Position numbers and translations under genes: made by a program
From: Lama glama
Lineage: Eukaryota
NCBI GenBank assembly: GCA_028534125.1
Contig: CM052817.1
Location: forward strand, 107,324,001 to 107,388,000
Length of the DNA: 64,000 nt
Reading direction: 5' to 3'
The notes under the pieces: generated by a model
What the model was told of the DNA's origin: nothing
The model's database searches: none
Seen by the model: only the letters and a program-made list of their open reading frames with translations
Part shown: positions 13,852 through 25,793 of the stretch, piece by piece
Layout: every line of letters begins with the position of its first letter
How positions within the stretch are numbered: position 1 is the first letter of the stretch

Positions 13852-15810
13852 AAGAGCTGCCTTTCACTGAAGGCCCACTGGGTGCCCAGCACGTGCAGTA
13901 GGTATCACCAACGTGTGTCACCTCCAGTCTTCCGAATCTTGCAAGAGAAGCGATTTTACACCTACTTTACAGAAGAGAAAATTCAGAGAGGATGTGTCCT
14001 GCGTTGTAAGATGAGTGTAAGTGATCCAGGAAGGCAAATACATAACAAAGTCCCAGCTCTTTCCATTAACTCTCAAAGTACAGACTGAGGACTCCCACCT
14101 ACTCTTTGGGGTCCCCTAAATCTAAAACGTAACACAAACAAAGCTGCGAGGCCCTCCCTACACAACCTGGTCCCGGAGGGCCGGCCTCACAGAGCCCTCT
14201 TCTTCCAGAGACTGGCGCATCCGCTACCCCAGCACACCCCTGCGGTGGGAAGTCTTCCTCGTCTGCTCCTCTCTGAGTCCCACCCATCTGGTCTCGCCTC
14301 CTCGGGGGAGCCTCCCCTCAACAGCCAGACCAAGAGGCCCCCCCCCTGCTTTTATCCTAACAGGACAGTGGACACTCGGACCTGAACTACTGGCCCGGAG
14401 TAGAACTCGCTGTCTCAACTTAGTGTCTGTTGCTTGCGCCATTCAGTAAGAAGCCCCCAGAAGTGATGTTTAGACCCCACACTTCCTTATAAACCCCATG
14501 GAACATCAATGTCGCAGGTACTTCAAATGTCACCCTGCAGAGAGGGGACACAGACCACGCCTGGCCTTGGGCTTGGATTCCCAAGTCACTGCTAAACATG
14601 GCAACCTCCAGCAAGCCTCAGTGTTTTCTTCTGTAAACACTTACAGCCTCATCATCTACAGATTAGCTAAGAAAACACCCACTCCCAGAGGGTAACTGTG
14701 AGGCAGGAGGAGGGTGACACCGAAAAGCCACACAGCACAGAGCTCTGCTCCGCACACACGTGTGCATGGCGTGAACACAGTCCCTCCGCCACACACACCA
14801 GAGGGTCTGCTCTGACCTTTTGGAGAAGCAGCTACTACAGGCCTCTCAAAAGGTCCCAGAGAAGCTGCCTATGTAGATAGTCTATAATATGACCACTAAT
14901 TAATGAGGTTTACTCTATGAACATGCATCTTTAAAACCACAAATAGCTATATGCCTTATAAAATAATTTTTTTCTTAATTTTTATTTTTTACCCACACTA
15001 TCTGATAATAGTAAAGAAATGTTTTTTAAAGGATATTTGCCTGCAAGTTCATTGCCCCATCACATCAACTGTTATGGTTTTGTTTTCCTTTCCAGTCCTT
15101 GGTCATACATTTACATATTTTACTAATGTATTCATCTGTAGGTACCAGTTGATTTTGGTTCTTTACTTACCATATCAAACATTTGATTATATGAGTGTTA
15201 TGTTAAATTTAATATATTATAGCAAATTATATATGTATAACATATTATATACATATAACATGTAATATATATAATATGTTGTAATTAATACATCATATAC
15301 ACTTGAGCTAATGCACAAGAATCTTCCAACCAAAGAGTTCACCATCTCTAACAAAATAAAAATGCCTGAAAATAACCTAAATATCCATCAACAGGGGACT
15401 GGTGAAAATGAGCGAACTTGGCTGCACACTAAAATTACCTGAGGTGGGGGGTGTTCATAAAGACAGGCACGTGGGCACCCAGATCAGTTACATCAGGATC
15501 AGAGAAGGTCTGGGCACTTCGCTCTTTCGGGGCCCCCGTGGTGTGTAGCAGGCTCGAGAACTCCGGGTAAAGCAGAGTACGACACGCATTCAGTCAATGG
15601 AGTACGAGACAACTGTGAGCAACATGCTGAACAGCTGTGTTGTGTGAATGAAAGAGAATGTATTTTTCTTGTATTCGAGCAGAATATTTCCAGTAGGGTA
15701 TCCTAAAAGAAACCAGTGTTAACACTGGTAGCCTTTACAAAGAGAGATCAGGGGTGTAAAGTGAGAGGCGCTTATATTTAAATGCATATAATCTTGTATT
15801 GTTTGATTTT

Positions 15811-15958
15811 TTTCTTTTTTTCTTTTTTTGTTGGGGGGGATTAGATTTATTTATATATCTACTTACGTATTTTTTCTTTTAATGGAGGTACTGCGGATTG
15901 AACCCAGAACCTCATGCATGCTAAGCACGCGCTCTACCACTGAGCTATACCCTCCCCT
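15811..15958 (-). mobile_element. tRNA-derived SINE (camelid Vic-1 type)
   Basis: Reverse complement GGGTATAGCTCAGTGGTAGAGCGCGTGCTTAGCATGCATGAGGTTCTGGGTTCAATCCG contains Pol III A/B boxes; TSD GTTTGATTTT at 15801 and 15964. Confidence 0.9.
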
Positions 15959-18900
15959 ACAGGGTTTGATTTTTAATCAGGTGCCTTTAAAAATTAATAA
16001 TCTTGAACAAAATAAACTCATAATTTAATGTATCAGCCATTTCTCAGGACCATGTGGCGCCAGGCAGGGCACGGTGTCCCACAGGAGGGGCCAGGACCAG
16101 TGTCCTCAGGGTCCCCAAGGAGCCCGGCTCATTCAGAAAGGACCGAGGAGCCTTCTTTGCCCTTTGGGTGGAGACAGCTGTCCCTGCCCTCCCCCTCCTT
16201 CTGCCCTAGCAGCTGACTTGCTCAATGGACCATCCTAAAGCAAACAGTCATCACCGAGGCGCGTGGGGAAAATGTTTACTCATAGTCCACTTCCTCACAC
16301 GGTGAGGCCATCGTCGGTGACATGTGGCTCTGAGCTAACTCTTCCCAAAGAACACGGCAGATTCAGAAACCCATTTCTAAGTTAGTTTTTCGAATGGACG
16401 CATCACGCATGGAAAGCAGAGATGGTTCCACCTTTCCTCCAAGGCACTTACTTTCTGTAACAGGCAAACATGGTCTGCAGGGTTTGGAATACTGGCACAG
16501 TTTTTATGATTAAGTGTGCTGTCTCTTAAATCTGAAAGAGCCGATTAGCTAACTTCACTCTGTAATGTATTTCTGTTTTACCAAGCCATGCAAAAATTCA
16601 ACGAATCTAAAAAGTACAGAACAGAGTTTCACTGTTACTGACACACAGCTAGTGATTTCAGAGGTTCGCAGATGTTATTTAAATTAAATAATTTTCCCTA
16701 GGTTGCTTTCAACAGCTGTGGGATTTTATAACTGGGTTTCAGACATATTTCTCATGTGTCTTTTTTGGTTGTTGATTTTTCTTTTTCGTTTTTTTTGTTT
16801 TTTTGAGAGGACAGGTCCCTTGAGTATTTACCCAATGATTTTGATACCAGAAACACAATTCATTAATATTAATGGCAAGAAGGAAATTGAGTTGTCTATA
16901 ACAAGGCTCCCTTGAAAGATGACACACTGCACGTGAGAAACATCAAGAAAGGCAGTTTCCTGCTAAAAACAAAAAACAAAAAACCCTAAAAAACCAAAAA
17001 CAACAACATAATATATCAAGAAGTCAGATTCTGGAATACCAGAGAATCTTTGAGGATCATCATTTGCAAAACTCTTATTCATTCATTCATCCGCTTAACA
17101 ACTATTTATGAAGTGCAATGTCCTGCCAAGCGCTGCACTCAGCCCTCCAGCCAGGACGGGGCACACCCAGGACTAGAACAGCCCCCATATCCGCCCTCCA
17201 ACCACAACACGGACATTCGCTTCTTTCATTCAATCACTTGCAAATATATGTTTTCAAATGGCAAATTTAAAAGATATTCTTGTTACTATTTTTCAGTTGT
17301 CTTTTATAAAAGAATTTGAGCAAAAGAGGATGGTTAATTAAGAGCCAAATGAGAAGAAACACACTGAATTGTTTCCCCCCTCACCCCAAGGGTCTCAACC
17401 GTAAGACAGAAGAAGGAAAATGTCTGATTTCTTGGGTGCACCAGGGAAACAGAGTTGGCGATCTTTACTATTTATGAGGTGTTAAAAGGCAGAGCTGCTC
17501 AGACAGGTGATTTTGTTGCTTCTTCTTAACACATCCTAAATCACACCTGTTTCATCTCTTGAGAAACATGCAGGTTAACATCTGCCTTGTCTTCAACTTG
17601 TGAAGGAATAGAGTTGCCATGACGACTGAATGAAAAGTTTCAGGGGCAGAATTTACCAGTGAAATGCAAAAATCACTCAATTCCATTTACCTGATGCGTG
17701 TGCACTTGTAAGCAGATGCTAGTTTTCTGTTTGTTAAACCATCAAAACAAATGATACTATGTTCTGTGAAAAGTTTCATGGATAAAATGTTTAAACACAC
17801 ACACACCTTTTGGTCAGAGCGGGCCACAAATGAATAAAATTAAACAATGACCATCTGACCAGTAAATCTTGGCAATGCTGCATTTAGCATTGCAAGGTCT
17901 CCAGGATTCTTAAACCAAGGAAAAAGAGACTTCTAAAGTTAGGATATTTCTTAGGATGTGTTAAATCGTCAAGTACATTTGTGTACCTGTTTTGTTTCTA
18001 CTGGTATCTATTACACAATGTAACCTAGGGTATGTTCAAACAGGCTATCAATTTTCCTAGAAAAATATTTCTATCATAAACACACCATTTATTTAGGTTG
18101 CTGACATATGCCGTGTGATTACATGATTACCTTCCAACACACAACTGTCCTCACTGGAAACTAGGCTCAGGTCCCCACCAGACAGGCAGGGTCTCAGTCC
18201 GTCCCTATCGGCTTTGGGGGACAAATTTATACTGAGCCAGTCACCATTGTCACTGAGACACCCTGTGTGAATTGGCAGTCATTTTCAGACACCTGCAATC
18301 AGTTGTTTAAAGATGTATTATCTCAAATAGAGAAATGCTCTCATTTATGATGAAAAAGTGTCAGGTGTGGTGATAACACCATCTTCATAAAGCAGATATG
18401 TATCTCTTCGTAACACTATGCTGGGCACTAATTCTAGGGCAAGATCTACAAATTCAGCAAGATTCAGTGACAGATAACCAGAAAGATTTTCTACGTATAC
18501 ACAGAAATGGAAAGTGCAGAGTTAGAAATACGATGTCCGGGGTTCCAGACTCCTATTAATGATAAAATCTTACACACCCTGCCACACAACGCACACCCAC
18601 GTTAGAGTGTTAATGGCCTCATTTACTGCACTTAATATACTGTGTTATTTTGGCCCAGAGAGTGCAACAAGAAAAAAGCATGTAGCACGGTATGTGAGAA
18701 GGCACATTGTCCTTTCCAGAAGTCCGTTATCAAGGCAGCTGGCCAGATTCCGGCTGAACGAAAGGGGGACCCCACCCCGACCTCCCCTCCACGCACCCTT
18801 CACAAAAGCGCCCGTGTGGCCCTGAGCGGTGAGTCACGGACGGTCCATTTCCAGACGGGGTGGAGTTGAAGGAAATCGCTATTACATGCCCAGTTAGCTG

Positions 18901-20232
18901 GAAACGTCCATCCTGTTTTTCCTCTTTCACATAATAATCATTTTTCACAAACCTGAGATAAAAAGAACACTTGGTAAGTAGGGACCCACTGTTACCGGCG
19001 AGGGAAAGACTGACTTCCACAGCCCAGGACGTGATCGCCCACGAGGCCAGGGCCTGGGCAGTCGGGACAACACGCTGGTTCTTTCTCGCCCACACCAAGA
19101 AAAACAGCATCTGGGGGAATGAGCGCAGGGCCAGTTCCCAAATCCGATTCACCCGCCAGGAGCTCACGCCGGCCTCAAAGCCTTTCCACCAGGGCAAGGA
19201 CCATTTTTACGACTTCCTCTAACAAGGAAACACAACAGCAGTGGCTTCCTTGAGCTGACCTCAGGAGCAAACCATGGAAACACAACCTAAAGCCACAGCA
19301 AAAGAACCCAGAGCTCTCTTTGGAGCTGCACTCTGGGCGTTAAAAGAGCACTGGCCCATCTCTCAAGACCATCTGCGGAGTCAAATGACCACGTGCAACA
19401 CAATCACATTTCAGAACTTAACATGACAGAGCCGTCTCAGCTTCAAAAACATCCGATCCAAGCCCCGTAAGTTTCCCGTCTTCCCCCAACCTAGATGGTT
19501 GTGTCACTTTTTTCCAAGCATCTTTCAGACAAATCTTACTTAGATCTCTCTTGATCACCAGCAGGAGAGCTGGTCGCAGATCCAAAACTGCGCTCAGAGC
19601 CCTGGAGGAGACCACGCTGGGCTGAGCGAGGCGAGGCTCGGGGAAGTCGGGACCCTGCTCCACCAGCTAAAATCGCGCACGTGTGTTGCCTGCAGTGATC
19701 AACTTCTCCAATTCAACTGGCTTCCTAAGGATCGCAGTGGACTTAGGTTTTATACATTAAAATTAACAGCATATTACTTTCAATAACAGGAACTACCAGT
19801 TATTTTAACAAAGAGGAAAAAAGTCTATGAAGAGTTTTTAGTCAAATCAGGCTTCTCCACAAGTGTTATGTGACAATGTAAAAAACTTCAAAGGCTACTT
19901 AACCTGTAAAGTAAGTTACATCACGAAGGCAACCCAGATTCGCTAGAGCAAAATCTGAAACACCAACAAGAGCGAAGACACAGAGGAGTACGACAAATCC
20001 TTCACCCACCCCTTGCCACCCACTGTGAACGTGCTGGGGTGCAGTGCCCTGACCTCTCTTCCACACGTCATCAGTCACACGCTCCTATTTGAAATATTAT
20101 TTGTAGGTTTGTATATTGTTTTCACTTTCTCTAGAGAGCACCTTCCCACGTGCACATATAAATATATGTACACGTGTGTGGATATATGTGCAAGTGTGTG
20201 TATGTGTATAAACATACATAAATTAATGATTT

Positions 20233-20686
20233 GGGGGAAAGGGTGTAGCTCAGGGGTAGAGTGTGTACTTAGCATACATGAGGTCCTGGGTTCAATCCCC
20301 AGCACCTCCATTAAATAAATAAAATTAAATTAAATAAATAAATAAAATAAATACATGGCTGCACAGCTGTATCCCTTTCCAATAAGTAAGATTTTATTCT
20401 TGATAAGACAAACTTGCAAATAATTCTGAAAAACACACCATAGTCCTAAAACTTCCTGAACGCCCAGACACCTCCATCCAGGCTGGAGTTACTGCCTGTG
20501 GGCGGTCTTAATGCTCCTTTGAAGACTCAGTGTCTTCATCACTGACACTATCAAGGTAAAAAAAACAAACAAACAAACAAGTAAGGGGGAAGAGTGTAGC
20601 TCAGGGGTAGAGTGTGTGCTTAGCATGCACAAGGTCCTGGGTTCAATCCCCAGTGCCTCCATTAAAAAATAATAAGTAAATAAAAA
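20233..20686 (+). mobile_element. Composite SINE-spacer-SINE, copy 1
   Basis: SINE monomers at ~20233-20350 and ~20585-20686 separated by a spacer homologous to the reverse complement of 41641-41905. Confidence 0.85.
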
Positions 20687-23032
20687 CATGTCTCTTCAGT
20701 TCTGTCTCAAGTCTCCCAACTACAGAGGAAGAAAACAGCCTCTGAAAATGTAATGTTAGTGACACCTCAATATGGATGACACTGAATTCCATGACTTAAA
20801 TGGCTCTTGGTAATACTTCAAATCACTTCCCACTGCATTTTATTCTTTTCAAAAAATCTTCAAAAATATTACCTCCTTACCACAACCTCCTAGCACAGGA
20901 TGGGCACTGTTACTTTAGAAATGACAAAACTGAGGCCCAGAGGGGTGGAGGGACATGGTGGGTCCTGTGTCCACACGGTGCACGAGAAGGGCTAAAAATG
21001 GCCAGCTCCTCAATCCGTCCTCCAACCGCTCTTAACAGAACCCGGCCCGCAGGAGGGACTGGCCGCAGGGGCCGCAGACCCCCTCGGCGTGCGGCCCGGC
21101 TCGGGACAAGGACATGGAATGTGACAGGTGTGCCGAGGGGCCCCGGGCAGCAGCAGGGAGACCCCCGGGGAGACTTTTAGGGAGCACGAGAAAGAAATCA
21201 AAGCCGTCATTTATGTGTCCCGGGCCTTATGTTATATAGTCACTAAGTCTGAGTGCAGTGGAACTGATCTGTGCTTCTTCTAGAATATTCTCTGCCCTAC
21301 CCGGGAAAACCTCGTTAGAAACGCTGGGAGCCATAGGCGGGGGCAGGAGGCACTTCTGTCAGAGGGAAGATAAACCCCAGTCCTGCCCTTGGTCACAGCC
21401 AGGATGAGAAGCGCACACTCTTCATGCTGGACTTAGGGTAAAGATGGACTCTTTACGGGTGTCTGAGTGACCTTCCTGTTACAGGTTCCAACGTGCTGTT
21501 GGTCGTCTTGGTGTGTGATCTGCAGACTCCTGTGGGCAGGACCCCGGATGGCCCACTTGGACTCACACGGGCCGCATGCAGAGGAGCACCGGACCCCCTG
21601 CCATCCTGATGGTAAGCGGATTAAATTATGCTTAGACTCTCCCTGGAACAGATGACTTAAATGTGCTCTAACAGAACGACGCGGATTAGCACTAACTAGG
21701 CCATGGGGCCTGAGCCCTTCAGCACCGGAGGAGGCGGGGTCGGGGGGTCCCTTCGTCCCAGCGCTTACCCAGCTCGCGACCCGACCGAGCAGCTGAGGTG
21801 CTTCTGTTTACTCCTCATATCCCAGATGATACACACGCAAGCTTCTTCTCTCCATCTGACTAGTCCAGAATAAAATGGACGATGACCTGTGATCTTTATC
21901 ACCTCCCTCTCGTGTACACATCTGAGGTGGAAACTGGTCCAATAATTTACCAGAGACATTTAAAGAAAAAACTCCTTAAGATAAAGCACCAGATTTGAAC
22001 ACGCAAGAAGTCACTGGGTACACTGTGGCTTTTAAATCGTCCTCTGTGAACATGCTGACCCGAGATTCAAGGTGACCAAGAACCCGATTCTACTTTGCAT
22101 TCAAGCCACCAGACAAATAATCTCATTTTGTTCTGATTTATCCTTTGTTGCTAATTTACCCTTTTTTTAAAATTGAATCAGTTACAATGTGTCATTTTCT
22201 GGTGCACAGCACAATGTCCCAGTCATGCATATACCTACATATATTCATTTTCATATTCTTTTTGGTTAAAGATTTATCCTTAATTTAAAAAGGGTTATTC
22301 AAATATATATTTAAGTAGTGATGAATTAAAGGCGAAAACATTGTCAAAACCAGCTAATAGAGAATCCTCTCAAATTTCAAGACCATAGTGCAATTTTATA
22401 ACTTTAGAGTCCACACTTCACAAATACCATAATCACGTTGTATTCCTAACTTCATCTCCCAAACATGTAAATTCAATCTCTTCGGATTCTTTTTCTGTTT
22501 TCTTAGGAACCTGTTTCCTCAAAGCTATGAAAAGGGCTTCTTGTCGAGACCCTAAAGGAAATACACTTAAGAAGGAATCTCAACTGTGACGATTCTCTTT
22601 TTAGGTAGAAGGCCGGAAAGGATGAAGATCTGAAAATGACCTGTGCTGTAAGCTACTTACACTGGGCAGAAAAGACCCTCCCTAATCAAGTCTGGTGAGA
22701 ACCAGAGGGACCAGAGCACACAGGAAACTCGGGGGAGTGACAGGGACATGCACAGAGTGAATACACTAATGTACAGGGTGAGACTGTAGAGACTTGGAGA
22801 AAAGGTTAAGAACTACCCAAGTCCATCACTGCGAGAAAAGAGAGCTAAATGCTCTACAGCAACAAGATACACATAAAAAATTAGATCTTATTTTTACTTA
22901 GGTTTTTCCCCCCCAAATACATGGTAATCTATGCTACAAAACTGTCCCCCCAAAGTCTACCTGAATCTTCCTTTCATTCTTAAATCTACATGTACAGCCT
23001 GTATTTAAATGCACTGAAAAATACAAATTCAT

Positions 23033-23270
23033 GGATGGGGAGGGATAAACTTGGAGCTGGGGATTTGCAGATACAAACCACTACATACAAAATAGATAAA
23101 CAACAAGGTCCTACTGTACAGCACAGGGAACTATATTCAACAGCTTTTAATAACGTACAGTGAAAAAGAATATGAAAAGGAATATATATTTATGAATCAC
23201 TATGCTGTACACCTGAAACCAACACAACATTGTAAATCAACTATACTTCAATTTAAAAAAAAAAGAAAAG
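23033..23270 (+). mobile_element. 5'-truncated L1 with TSD
   Basis: L1 3' UTR plus A-tail, flanked by ATACA(A/G)ATTCATG. Confidence 0.85.
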
Positions 23271-25580
23271 CATACAGATTCATGCAAGGCATACTAGAGT
23301 TTTAACCTCAGGGTTTCACCTGGACTTTTGGAAATCTATTCAACTACAAAGTAGGCTTCCCAGGGCAGCTCATCCCCCATTTGAGGTACCCTTTCCCCGA
23401 ACAGCACATGACAGCTCCTATTTGGTTAAATCTTTATGAGACGGAACGCAAGGTCATTGCTCTGCAGGGCAAGAAAGGGGACTTTTCCAGGAGGCTTTCC
23501 CCAGGAAGGCTGCACAGCACCTAAGAGTGAAGCCAGGTGAGGCGAGCCGGGGAAAGGCTTGCTGGGTGCCCTTCCTCCATGCAGTGTGTCATGGGTGACT
23601 TGTCCTCATCTTCCTGAGTCTTTAACATCTGCAACATCACTTCTTTTTCCACGATGAGTCCTTAGCAGGGCCACTGCTGAAGGCCCCTGAGATCTCCAAT
23701 TCTCTCAAAGGCATTTACCTTAAAAACTTGTAGAAAATCCTAAGGAGGTCACCAAAAAGGAAACCAAAAGACATTCCCTGGCACAATTCTGTGCTCTTCA
23801 TTAGACACCAATGGGAAGTCGAAACACTATACTGAAAATGCTCCCGCAAAGTTAAACCAATTTCCCTAATATGGCCAGACCCTAAATATAGCCGCAGCTT
23901 TTTGTTGTTGTTGTTCAAAATACACTCAGTTCAACTTGTGGATGGAGAAGACAGTGGTGGGCAAGTGAGCACAGAGCACAGGAAACAATGGCCCTGGAAC
24001 TCCCCCATCTCCGCCAGCCTTGGAACAGCTCTACATGTCCTTGACAGGGGCTGTCACAGCAAGGACACCTGAAACACACACCCTTTTCTCTCCAGGCTTT
24101 GTTCCCTTGATCGAGTCTGGGTCACTGGGAGGGAAGAGAAGAAATTACACACCCTGGGTCTGAAGTAATTCTACCATTCTGAGAAGGGACACAGGACTGA
24201 AAGCAGTGAGAGGAATAGAATTCCCTACCCAAATTGTAAGCATTTGGGCAGCCTAAAGAAAACGTGCGAATTTAACGAAGGTGGTGTCACGCCCTGGCAA
24301 TTCACCTTCCAAAGAACACCATACACACGCACTCCACAAACACAAAATATGGGGAATGTTCACCTAACTGCAGTGAGGAGTTAAATGAATGGAATTTAAG
24401 AAAAGCAAAACCCACAACATAAAATTTAATCCCAAATGTATCCAAAGCTTCACTTCAAACTTTTAAAAGGCTTATAATACTGGGTCTAGACGTCTGGGTC
24501 TAACAGTACACTGTTTTTGCAAGACATTTTGGCCAAAGAGCACCTAGCAGAATGTCAGAGTTGGAAGTAGATGCTCAATAAAATATTTGCTGGGGAAAAA
24601 AACTGTTAATGGTAAATAAACGAACTTCTCAAGATCAGTGTGCTGAAAGGCAGTCTAGGTCATTCTAAGGCCTCTTCTAAAAGTTAGCCCTTGAAAGCAG
24701 AAAGAGGTTACAAAGACTGGGTTCTATGGTCAAACAGCTGGGGTGGAGAGCAGGTTCAGTCTCATACTGCTGCGGATTCTGGGCAAGCTGCTGGGGTCCT
24801 CCGTGACCCTGAGTCCCCTCAGCTGTCAGAGGGGGATTAGATCGCACCCACCTCACAAGGCTGTCGGGGAAATGAATGAGAAAAATCAACATAAAGCATG
24901 GGAAACGCTCCAGCAACGAGAGCCGTGCCCCTTTAAAGGTGTGCACTCAGGTCAGCCCTCCTGAACGCGGCATCAGCTTTGTGAGAGGGTCTCTGCAGAT
25001 GGGGAACGCATCCCGCCCCCTGTGCACCTCACGCGGCATCACCCTTCCAAACGACAGACTTTCATCATCCGTCTGAGAACTGGTCACCTACAGCAAGGAA
25101 CAAGAAAGATGCCTTGCTGGCGACAGCTGCTCCTTCACAAGTTCAGGGCACTGTCACGTACACAATAGGCTGGGCTGCCCCCAGGGTGACAGCGCAGCCC
25201 GGCGGCTCTGCGGGAGGGGTCCCCAGACCCCTGCACCCTCGGGACCCCCGGTTCCGCAGCCAGGCCCGAGCACAGTGGGGATCCCCCTGAGCCCCAACAA
25301 CTCCCCGAGCGGTGAGGAAGGAGCTGGAGGGAGGAGAGGAGGGGGCGAGGGGGGCGAGGGGGGCGAGGGGGGCGAGGGACCCTCCTGGGCACGGAGGCTT
25401 CGGGGCCGCGCTGGAGGGCGCCCGCGACGCCCGGCCGGGCAGGAGCCTGGGGCTGCAGGGTCCGGGCGGCCCGCCCCCTCCCCTCCACCGCCTCCTCTCC
25501 CTTCCCCTCATCCCCCTCATTCCATCCCTCATCCCCCGCCTCCATCCTCCGTCCCCCCGCCGGCGCTCTGCGCCCCTCAC

Positions 25581-25687
25581 CTGAAGGCGGGTCCTTCCCG
25601 GGGCGCCCGGCCCGGGGCCGCCGCCGCTGCCGCCGCGCCGCCGCCGCCCTTCTTGTTGAAGAGCCTCTGGAGCAGGGTCGGGGCCAT
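25581..25687 (-). CDS. FNIP2: Folliculin-interacting protein 2, coding part of exon 1
   Basis: Minus strand from ATG at 25687 reads [34 protein letters not shown](S), matching the FNIP2 N-terminus as I recall it. The 107 nt end at donor AG|GTGAG (phase 2). It lies in a CpG island, and ETFDH is syntenic upstream. Confidence 0.95.
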
Positions 25688-25745
25688 GACGCGGCGGCTC
25701 GGGCTCCGCTCCGCTCGGGTCCGGTCCGCGCGGCGCTCGAGGGGC

Positions 25746-25793
25746 TCAGCGCGCGGCCGGGGGCTGCGGCGGCGGCGGCGGCGGCGGGGCCAT
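25746..25793 (-). other. Candidate upstream ORF in FNIP2 5' UTR ([15 protein letters not shown])
   Basis: Context GCCGCGATGG, 15 codons then TGA, ending 58 nt before the FNIP2 ATG. Whether it is transcribed depends on the unknown TSS. Confidence 0.6.

Larger units (their letters stand above)
1..25580 (-). other. FNIP2: FNIP2 intron 1 (continues beyond left edge)
   Basis: Begins at donor GTGAG (25576-25580). I did not find exon 2 sequence (recalled as WSCSEFDLNEIRLIVYQDC) in the window. Confidence 0.8.
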
